Assembly: GCA_039680575.1 (NCBI GenBank) | Contig: JBDKSP010000099.1 | Location: forward strand, 1 to 15,245 | From: Armatimonadota bacterium | Lineage (GTDB): Bacteria; Armatimonadota; UBA5829; DTLH01 | Direction: 5' to 3' | DNA length: 15,245 nucleotides | Position numbers and translations under genes: made by a program | The notes under the pieces: model-generated | Database searches by the model: none | Seen by the model: the letters and a program-made list of their open reading frames with translations, nothing else | What the model was told of the DNA's origin: nothing | Part shown: one piece after another, positions 1 through 7,400 of the stretch | How the letters are laid out: each line of letters begins with the position of its first letter | Numbering within the stretch: the stretch's first letter is position 1

Positions 1-275
1 AGTTCAAAGCAGAGGTCTACGTGTTGACGAAGGAAGAGGGAGGAAGACATACTCCGTTCTTCAAGGGATACAGGCCGCAGTTCTACTTCAGGACAACTGA
101 CGTAACAGGGTCAGTAGAGATGCCTGAAGGAGTAGAGATGATAATGCCTGGAGACAACGTAACAATTGAGGCAGAACTCATCCAGCCAATAGCGATGGAA
201 GAGGGACTGAGATTCGCGATCCGAGAAGGTGGTCACACCGTCGGAGCAGGCGTTGTCAGCCAGGTTATTGAATAG
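1..275 (+). CDS. tuf: Elongation factor Tu, C-terminal part (5'-truncated by window edge)
   Basis: Frame from nt 3 reads [36 protein letters not shown]...MPGDN...[16 protein letters not shown], the EF-Tu domain III signature; TAG at 273-275. Confidence 0.99.
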   Translation, partial: FKAEVYVLTKEEGGRHTPFFKGYRPQFYFRTTDVTGSVEMPEGVEMIMPGDNVTIEAELIQPIAMEEGLRFAIREGGHTVGAGVVSQVIE

Positions 276-345
276 CAAAGATCAAGGTAAGGAATGGGGT
301 GTCGGATAAGCCCAACGCCCTACTCCTATCCTTTGAGGAGTTACA

Positions 346-510
346 ATGGCAGGAGCAGATGTCAGAATAATCATTACCCTGGCTTGCCAGGAGTGCAAGC
401 GCAGGAACTATACGACTACCAAAAACAAAAGAAACGACCCGGATCGTTTGGAATTAAAGAAATACTGTAAATGGTGTGGGAAGCACACAGTACACAGAGA
501 GGCCAAATGA
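346..510 (+). CDS. rpmG: 50S ribosomal protein L33, zinc-binding (C+) form, 54 aa
   Basis: Translated by hand (below the ORF-track cutoff): [54 protein letters not shown]. Two CxxC pairs; SD GAGGAG 335-340; usual tuf-rpmG-secE position. Confidence 0.98.
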   Translation: MAGADVRIIITLACQECKRRNYTTTKNKRNDPDRLELKKYCKWCGKHTVHREAK

Positions 511-516
511 TCAGGG

Positions 517-545
517 TTGGCAGCGCCCGAGACTTGTGGTATAAT
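517..545 (+). promoter_or_regulatory. Sigma70/SigA-type promoter upstream of tRNA-Trp-secE-nusG
   Basis: TTGGCA (517-522), 17-nt spacer, perfect TATAAT (540-545) preceded by extended -10 TG (537-538). Confidence 0.8.
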
Positions 546-589
546 ACCGAAGGCGAAAGCGCCGCAAACTTTAGGAATATGTCTCACGC

Positions 590-666
590 AGGCCCATAGC
601 TCAGTTTGGTAGAGCGCTGGTCTCCAAAACCAGATGTCGTCGGTTCGAGCCCGGCTGGGCCTGCCA
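590..666 (+). tRNA. tRNA-Trp (CCA)
   Basis: Cloverleaf: acceptor AGGCCCA/TGGGCCT, D arm GCTC/GAGC, anticodon stem CTGGT/ACCAG with CCA at 624-626, T arm GTCGG-TTCGAGC-CCGGC, encoded 3' CCA; canonical position before secE. Confidence 0.98.
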
Positions 667-697
667 ATTTTTGATATTAGGGGAACAGTGAATCGCT

Positions 698-1003
698 ATG
701 CCTGACGGAGTTACAGCGAAGGGCGCGGCCAAAGTGAAGGCCGACAAGAATAAGAGCGATAAGGCCAAGGCTGACAAGTCTCGTGTGGAGCGAAAGCCGG
801 ATGGTTTCTTCACAAGGCTCTTCAGGTTTCTGCGGGAGTCTCATACGGAAGTAGTGAAGAAGGCTGCATGGCCTACCTGGGCTGATCTTAAGAAGTCCAC
901 GGCCGTTGTCATCGTAGCCGTCCTTATTGCGATGGTTTGGTTAGGTGGCCTGGACTTTATTATGACTAAGGTCAGCCATCTTATAGGCTTAGGGCCTAGA
1001 TAA
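698..1003 (+). CDS. secE: Preprotein translocase subunit SecE (single-TM type with Lys-rich N-terminus)
   Basis: FLRESHTEVVKKAAWPTWADL matches the SecE E.KKV.WP motif; one hydrophobic helix (AVVIVAVLIAMVWLGGLDF); lies between tRNA-Trp and nusG. Start codon less certain (weak SD). Confidence 0.93.
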   Translation: MPDGVTAKGAAKVKADKNKSDKAKADKSRVERKPDGFFTRLFRFLRESHTEVVKKAAWPTWADLKKSTAVVIVAVLIAMVWLGGLDFIMTKVSHLIGLGPR

Positions 1004-1019
1004 CGAGTAAATTACTCAT

Positions 1020-1547
1020 ATGGCAGAAAAGAACTGGTACGCAATACATACGTATTCGGGCCATGAAAATAAAGTAAAAACGAATATCGAACGTCGAGCC
1101 GAATCGATGAACCTCAAGGATAAGATCTTCCGTATCCTTGTCCCGACGGAGCAGGAGCTCAGGACGAGGGGAGGAAAGAAGCAGGAGGTCCAGCGAAAGG
1201 TCTTCCCTGGTTACGTGCTTATTGAGATGGTGCTTGATGACAGCACTTATCATCTGGTAAAGAGCACTACTGGAGTAACCGGTTTTTTGACCTCAGGTAA
1301 TAAACCTGTTCCGCTCCAGGACAAAGAGGTTCGAGATATCCTGGAACGCATCGAAGCTCCCGATAGAAGGCCCAAGGTTCGATGGCAGAAGGACGAAGTC
1401 ATTCGTGTAACTGCTGGCCCGTTCACAGATTTTACTGGAAAAATAGAGGAAGTCAACCCTCAGAAAGAAACACTGAAGGTGCTTATTTCCATATTTGGCC
1501 GCGATACTCCCGTGGAACTGGAGTTTACGCAGGTCGAACGATTGTAG
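1020..1547 (+). CDS. nusG: Transcription termination/antitermination factor NusG
   Basis: WYAIHTYSGHENKV, FPGYVLIEM, TGVTGF, KOW motif GPFTDFTGKI, IFGRDTPVEL. Confidence 0.99.
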   Translation: MAEKNWYAIHTYSGHENKVKTNIERRAESMNLKDKIFRILVPTEQELRTRGGKKQEVQRKVFPGYVLIEMVLDDSTYHLVKSTTGVTGFLTSGNKPVPLQDKEVRDILERIEAPDRRPKVRWQKDEVIRVTAGPFTDFTGKIEEVNPQKETLKVLISIFGRDTPVELEFTQVERL

Positions 1548-1571
1548 TTTCACTTGGAGGCTAAGGTTTAG

Positions 1572-1997
1572 ATGGCTAAAAAAGTGCTCGGGGTCGTAAA
1601 GCTTCAGATCCCGGCAGGTAAAGCGACTCCCGCTCCTCCTGTTGGTCCGGCGCTTGGACAGTACCAGATCAACATGATGGAGTTCATAAAGTCGTACAAC
1701 GAAAAGACAGCTTCTCAGATGGGGACAATCGTTCCCGTAGAGATAACTGTATTCGAGGACAGGTCTTTTACATACGTTCTGAAGACCCCGCCGGCGGTTG
1801 AGCTTCTTAAAAAGGCTGCAGGTATAGCGACAGCATCCGGAAGGCCGAACACGGAGAAAGTCGGGAAGGTCACAAGGGACCAGGTCCGCGAGATCGCGAA
1901 GATCAAGTTACCTGACTCTAATGCGTCGAGCATCGAATCCGAGATGAGATCGGTAGAAGGCTCCGCGCGAAGCGCAGGTATCGAAGTAGTCGACTAA
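1572..1997 (+). CDS. rplK: 50S ribosomal protein L11
   Basis: [47 protein letters not shown] 1556-1560. Confidence 0.99.
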   Translation: MAKKVLGVVKLQIPAGKATPAPPVGPALGQYQINMMEFIKSYNEKTASQMGTIVPVEITVFEDRSFTYVLKTPPAVELLKKAAGIATASGRPNTEKVGKVTRDQVREIAKIKLPDSNASSIESEMRSVEGSARSAGIEVVD

Positions 1998-2045
1998 GAC
2001 GAGTATAAAACCTTACTCGTATCGAGCTTATAGCTCGGAATAAAC

Positions 2046-2086
2046 GCAGGCGGCAGGCGAAAGCCATTATCCCGTTTGGGACCTGC
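2046..2086 (+). promoter_or_regulatory. Candidate L1-binding autoregulatory leader upstream of rplA
   Basis: Outer stem GCAGG(2046-2050)/CCTGC(2082-2086), purine-rich GGCAG segment, inner GGC-GAAA-GCC hairpin; L1 operators are known to lie between rplK and rplA in Gram-positive lineages. Confidence 0.5.
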
Positions 2087-2111
2087 AAAATATTAATATT
2101 TGGAGCGATAT

Positions 2112-2819
2112 ATGTCAGTAAGAGGGAAAAGATACCTCGAAGCCGCCAAGACCGTTGGCGACGTGGCTCTTGCAGAGCCTGAAGAGGCCATAAAGCTCGT
2201 AAAGCAAGCAGCGAACACAAAATTCAACGAAACGGTAGACGTAGCGATAAGACTTGGAGTAGATCCTAGGCATGGTGACCAGATGGTCCGTGGAACGACT
2301 ACTCTGCCGCATGGCACAGGCAAGAGCAAGAATGTTGCCGTAGTCGCAAAGGGTGACAAGGCAAAAGAGGCTGAGGAAGCCGGAGCGGACACAGTCGGTG
2401 CAGAAGAGCTAGTGCAGCAGATCCAGCAGGGATGGGCTGACTTTGATGTTCTTTTGGCTACACCGGATGTTATGGGGCTGGTCGGAAGACTCGGTCCTAT
2501 CCTGCGCGCCAGAATGCCTAGCCCTAAGGCCGGAACGGTTACAGCCGATATAGGACGAGCGGTAAAAGAGATCAAGTCCGCTGCCAGAGTAGACTACAGG
2601 GTTGAAAAGGCAGGTATCGTCCATGCTCCGATAGGAAAAGCATCCTACACGGAAGAGCAGTTATTGGAGAACTTTAGAGCACTCATCGCAGCGCTCTTGA
2701 GAGCAAGACCATCTGCTGCTAAAGGCCGATACTTGAAAAAGATTACAATCTCTTCTACAATGGGACCTGGAGTTAATATAGATACACAAAAAGCCCAGCT
2801 CATGGCTGAAAAAGGATAA
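2112..2819 (+). CDS. rplA: 50S ribosomal protein L1
   Basis: [51 protein letters not shown] 2112 with SD GGAG 2102-2105 preferred over the TTG at 2100. Confidence 0.98.
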   Translation: MSVRGKRYLEAAKTVGDVALAEPEEAIKLVKQAANTKFNETVDVAIRLGVDPRHGDQMVRGTTTLPHGTGKSKNVAVVAKGDKAKEAEEAGADTVGAEELVQQIQQGWADFDVLLATPDVMGLVGRLGPILRARMPSPKAGTVTADIGRAVKEIKSAARVDYRVEKAGIVHAPIGKASYTEEQLLENFRALIAALLRARPSAAKGRYLKKITISSTMGPGVNIDTQKAQLMAEKG

Positions 2820-2865
2820 GGTATACTCCGAAGCAACTTGCTTTCGGGCTAATTGAATATAGACG

Positions 2866-3010
2866 CCATAGACAGTAGGCATCCATTATGGATTTAATAC
2901 TCCTAGACAGGAGAGCCGACCGAGGCTGAAATAGTGAATGGTATAGTTGTTGGACTGCACCATAGAGATAATTTCGGGCTCGCCTGTCTAGGGCGGGCCC
3001 GTTGTGTTTT
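2866..3010 (+). promoter_or_regulatory. L10 leader (rplJL autoregulatory RNA) with terminator/antiterminator
   Basis: CCATAGACAGTAGG...TTAAT...CCGACCGAGG matches the L10_leader pattern; followed by a GC-rich hairpin (2975-3001) and TTGTGTTTT. Confidence 0.85.
2975..3010 (+). terminator. Intrinsic terminator (attenuator) in the rplJ leader
   Basis: CGGGCTCGCC (2975-2984) pairs with GGCGGGCCCG (2992-3001, one G-U), then TTGTGTTTT. Confidence 0.7.
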
Positions 3011-3047
3011 AAGTATATTATTGGCTTACCAGATTGGGGGTGAGTAG

Positions 3048-3584
3048 ATGCTGAAGAAAGATAAAGAACCGAGACCTGAGAAAGTTCAGGAGATAGAAGA
3101 TTTACGCGAGATACTCAGTGCTTCAAAAGCTGCAATTATTGCGGACTATCGGGGTCTCAATGTAAAGAGTATGTCGACCCTTCGCAAGCGGCTGAGAGAA
3201 TCAAACGCTGGAATGAGAGTCGTTAAGAATACTCTTCTTAAGAGAGCTGCAGAGGGGCTTCCCGCCGAAAAGCTCTTTGAAGACTTGGATGGCCCGACAG
3301 CTCTCGCCTACAGCACAAATGATCCTGTAGACGTAGCTAAGACGATAACGGCATTTGTGCGTGAGTTCAAGCTTCCCACTCTTAAGGGCGGAGTTGCCGA
3401 AGGGCAATTGATGGATGGTGACCAGATCCAGGCTCTTGCAAAGATGCCGCCTAGAGCCGTTCTATTGGCTCAGGTGGTCGGAGGACTCCAGGGACCTGTT
3501 GCAAACCTCGTTATGACGATGCAGCAGCTCTATGGTGGATTCGTTTATGCGCTTCAGGGCGTTGCCGACAAGAAACAAGGATAA
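3048..3584 (+). CDS. rplJ: 50S ribosomal protein L10
   Basis: ADYRGLNV, LRKRLRE, VVKNTLLKRA, LDGPTALA, LKGGV; SD-like GGGGGTGA upstream. Confidence 0.99.
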   Translation: MLKKDKEPRPEKVQEIEDLREILSASKAAIIADYRGLNVKSMSTLRKRLRESNAGMRVVKNTLLKRAAEGLPAEKLFEDLDGPTALAYSTNDPVDVAKTITAFVREFKLPTLKGGVAEGQLMDGDQIQALAKMPPRAVLLAQVVGGLQGPVANLVMTMQQLYGGFVYALQGVADKKQG

Positions 3585-3739
3585 CGGCAATTATTGGTTT
3601 AAGATCCCAGATTGCAGAATTAACATCTTAAATCTTTAAACATAGGCGTAATTATGGGTAGACTGATATTTGCGCCCATAATTCGCCACTCCTGCCGCGC
3701 AGGCTTAATGGCCAGCGGCTGTAAGGTGAGGTGAAAAAC

Positions 3740-4168
3740 GTGGCAAAAGTAGAAGAAGTAGTACAGAGTGTGCTTGGATTATCTTCAGAAGAGAGAATTG
3801 ATGCGCTGACACAGGTAGTCGAGGGGATGTCGGTTCTCGACCTGAATCAGCTCGTTAAGTCGATGCAGGATAAGTTTGGTGTATCCGCAGCTCCGATGGC
3901 AGTAGCAGCTCCCGCAGCGGGCGGCGCAGCCGAGGCAGCACCTGCAGAGGAAGAGCAGACGTCGTTTGATGTTGTTCTGACATCAGCAGGCGAAAAGAAG
4001 ATCCAGGTTATCAAAGTAGTTCGTGAACTTACTTCTCTGGGGCTCAAAGAGGCTAAGGAATTAGTCGAAGGAGCACCGCAGCCGATCAAGCAGGGCGTTT
4101 CTAAAGAAGAAGCGGAAGGACTTAAGTCCAAGCTTGAGGGAGAGGGCGCGACTGTCGAAATCAAGTAG
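3740..4168 (+). CDS. rplL: 50S ribosomal protein L7/L12 with N-terminal extension
   Basis: [17 protein letters not shown], Ala-rich hinge, [37 protein letters not shown] 3740 chosen because SD GAGGTGA (3728-3734) overlaps the ORF-track start at 3731. Confidence 0.97.
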   Translation: MAKVEEVVQSVLGLSSEERIDALTQVVEGMSVLDLNQLVKSMQDKFGVSAAPMAVAAPAAGGAAEAAPAEEEQTSFDVVLTSAGEKKIQVIKVVRELTSLGLKEAKELVEGAPQPIKQGVSKEEAEGLKSKLEGEGATVEIK

Positions 4169-4293
4169 TCAAGTCCTAAGAAGTAGTTACATAACGGAAA
4201 ATGTTTATCGGGGAGTCCATGCTCCCCGACAGACTATCCGGCATGGAGAAATATTATCAGGCAGATGTGAAAGGCGGAAGCTCAGTAGTTTAT

Positions 4294-4324
4294 AGGGCCA
4301 GAGCGGGATTGCTCTGTCCCTTTT
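4294..4324 (+). terminator. Possible intrinsic terminator after rplL
   Basis: GGGCCAGAGCG-GGAT-TGCTCTGTCCC hairpin (one mismatch) followed by TTTT; U-tract is short. Confidence 0.55.
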
Positions 4325-4379
4325 CGGCGTGTACCATAGTATTATTTATATATTATCTATTAATTAAGTCTCAGATCTA

Positions 4380-4408
4380 TTGACGTAAGTCTCTGCATCT
4401 GCTAAACT
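4380..4408 (+). promoter_or_regulatory. Dedicated sigma70/SigA-type promoter for rpoBC
   Basis: TTGACG (4380-4385), 17-nt spacer, TG-n (4400-4402), TAAACT (4403-4408); AT-rich UP-element-like tract at about 4339-4367. Confidence 0.75.
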
Positions 4409-4444
4409 TATATTTTGCGTGTTTTCACTCACCAGGAGGACCAG

Positions 4445-7400
4445 ATGAAGGAAATTCAGCATAGAACCAAGCGTACACCGGGAATTATAGATATTCCGAA
4501 CTTGGTCGAGATCCAGCTTGATTCCTACAAGTGGTTTTTAAGAGAAGGACTTAGAGAACTCTTCCACAGTTTTTCCCCCATCCACGATTTTACGGGCAAT
4601 CTGTCGCTCGAGTTGGTAGATTACACTTTGGGCGACCCGAAGTATTCGGTAGAGGAATGCCGGAATCGAGATATGACATATGAAGCGCCTATCAAGGTCA
4701 AGGTAAGGCTTCAGGCCAAAGAAGGTGAGGTCATAGAGTCCGAGGTTTATCTCGGCGACCTGCCGCTCATGACCGAGAGAGGCACATTCGTGATAAACGG
4801 AGCAGAACGAGTGGTTGTAAGCCAGCTCGCCCGCTCATCGGGTGTATATTTTAAGGATACACTCGACTTTTCGGGACGTGTTCTTTATTTTGCTACGGTT
4901 ATCCCGAACGAAGGTGCATGGGTTGATATAGAGTCAGATGCGAACGATGTGATTTCTGTCCGTGTAGGCCAGACAAAGAAGTTTCCTCTGACTACGCTCC
5001 TGAGAGCGCTCAGTGCGTTTTCGGAGGCCTGCCCGGTAACGGAGATACTTCCGACCCGCGAGACTCAGGGGCGGATGCTCGTAGAGCCGATAGTCGATCT
5101 AGAGACTGGCGAGGTCCTTATAGATGCCGGAAAGACCATTACGGACAAATTGCTCGCTAAACTCGAAGGGCATAAGCTGCCCGAGAAGGCAGCGGTTGCT
5201 GCGGATTCTACCCCGTGCGATACAACGGGTGAGATTCTGGAACTTTTCTCAAAGAAGAAAAAGCTGAAGAACCCTACCAGGGACCAGTTGAGGGGCAGGA
5301 GGCTGTCCCACGAGATTATCGACCCAAAGACTCAGAAAGTCATACTAAAGGCTTATGCCAAGATTACCGAAGAGGCTGCCAAAAAGGTAGAAAACCTCAA
5401 GCTGGATGAAGTCGAAGTCCTCGATACGAACAGGTATGTCGAGGCAACAATCGATCAGGACGGCGCGAACAGCAAAGAAGAAGCGCTGATTGATATATAC
5501 CATAAGGTAAGGCCCGGAGATCCGGCAACACGCGACAGTGCGAAAAGCCTGCTTAACTCCATATTCTTCGATACCAGAAGGTACGACCTTGCCAGAGTCG
5601 GAAGGTATAAATTAAACAAGAAGCTCGGGCTCAACCTTCCCGAGTCCGTCCGCACCCTTACGAAAGAGGACCTGCTAAAGGTAATCGAGTATATAATCGG
5701 GCTGTCGGAATCCGGCGCTTTAGTTACTCACCTGGCTGTTTCGCGGCTGCACTCGCGTATCCCGGAGCTTGAAAAAGCTGTTAAGGATGCCGGAAAGGCC
5801 GCGACGCCCGAAGAGAAGGCAGAGGACGGCAAAATCAGCCGGCTCAAAGAGAGCCTGGAGGTTCTGCGGAACCTCAGGCTGGGCAGTATTTTGACCGAGC
5901 AGAAGATCAAGGGCATCAAAGAGCTTCTTGACCTGGTTCCAAACGGGCGCAGGCTCGTAGCTGAGACACCGGCGGAACTTTTCCCCGAGGAAACGGCTGT
6001 CAGGCTTTCACCATGCGATACCGATGACATCGACCACCTCGAAAACAAGAGAGTGCGGTCGGTCGGTGAGCTTCTCCAGAGCCAGCTCAGGATGGGATTT
6101 CTGAGGATGGAGAAGGTTGCGAAGGAGCGAATGACCAGCCTCGACCCTGAGAACGTAATACCGCAGGTCATCCTGTCGGTCAAGCCGGTCTCAGCGAGCA
6201 TAAAGAGCTTCTTTGGCTCCAGCCAGTTGTCCCAGTTTATGGACCAGACTAACCCGCTGGCCGAGTTGACTCATAAGAGAAGACTTTCAGCCCTGGGGCC
6301 GGGTGGACTTTCCCGCCAGAGCGCAAAACTCGAAGTCAGAGACGTTCACCACAGCCACTACGGCAGAATATGTCCTATCGAGACGCCTGAAGGCCCGAAC
6401 ATTGGGCTTATCGGCTCGATGGCCGTTCACGCCAAGATCGACGACTACGGTTTCATCAGATCTCCATACCGGGTCGTGAAAAACGGCAGGGTAACGAACG
6501 AGATCGTCTTCCTTCCCGCTGATGAGGATGATGAAGAGTACATCGCTCCGGCCAATACGCTTATAGACGAGAAAACCGGCAAGTTCCTGACGGATACCGT
6601 CCTCGTAAGGCACGAGAACGTCTACCCGCAGGTCCCGTCGGACAAAGTTACTTATGTAGACATCGCGCCGATGCAGATTATGTCGGTCGCTACAGCGATG
6701 ATCCCGTTCCTCGAGAACGACGACGCGAATCGCGCTCTTATGGGATCGAACATGCAGAGGCAGGCTGTCCCGCTTCTTCGCGCCGATGCTCCGATTGTGA
6801 GAACAGGCGTAGAGAGCCGCGCAGCACGCGATTCCAAAGCCGTCATCGTAGCAAAGCATGATGGCGTTGTGAAGAGCGTTACGGCCGAGAAGATTCTTAT
6901 CGAGACACTGGACGGGCAGGTAGACGAATACCATATGCTCAATATGCTTCGTTCCAACCAGGCCACCTGTGTTACTCAGAAGCCTATAGTAAAGTCTGGC
7001 AAGAGAGTAAGAGCCGGACAGGTCATAGCGGACGGTCCGTCGACTGATGGCGGCGAGCTTGCCCTCGGACAGAATGTGCTTTGCACCTTTATGCCGTGGC
7101 ATGGCTATAACTATGAAGACGCTATTCTGCTCTCTGAGAGAATGGTAATGGATGATGTCTACACCTCGATCCACATCGAAAAGTATGAGACGGAAGCCAG
7201 AGACACCAAGCTCGGTCCCGAAGAGGTAACAAGGGACATCCCGAATATCGGCGAGGACATGCTGAAAGACCTCGACGAGAACGGGATCATCCGAATCGGT
7301 GCGGAAGTCAGGCCAGAGGACATTCTAGTCGGAAAAGTAGCGCCTAAGGGCCAAGGCGAGCTTACAGCCGAGGAAAGATTGATTATCGCTATCTTCGGTA

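Noticed and set aside
601..813. 70-aa minus-strand ORF
   Set aside because: Overlaps tRNA-Trp and secE in antisense; typical tRNA shadow translation.
4201..4383. 60-aa ORF in the rplL-rpoB spacer
   Set aside because: No convincing SD; runs through hairpins, a terminator-like element and the AT-rich rpoB promoter region; no recognisable family.
4415..4444. TTG start for rpoB given by the ORF track
   Set aside because: It sits at the predicted transcription start; SD AGGAGG points to ATG 4445. Likewise TTG 2100 (rplA) and GTG 3731 (rplL) overlap their SD sequences.
6203..6310. Intrinsic rifampicin resistance
   Set aside because: Cluster I ([29 protein letters not shown]) keeps the sensitive-type Q, D, H and S residues.
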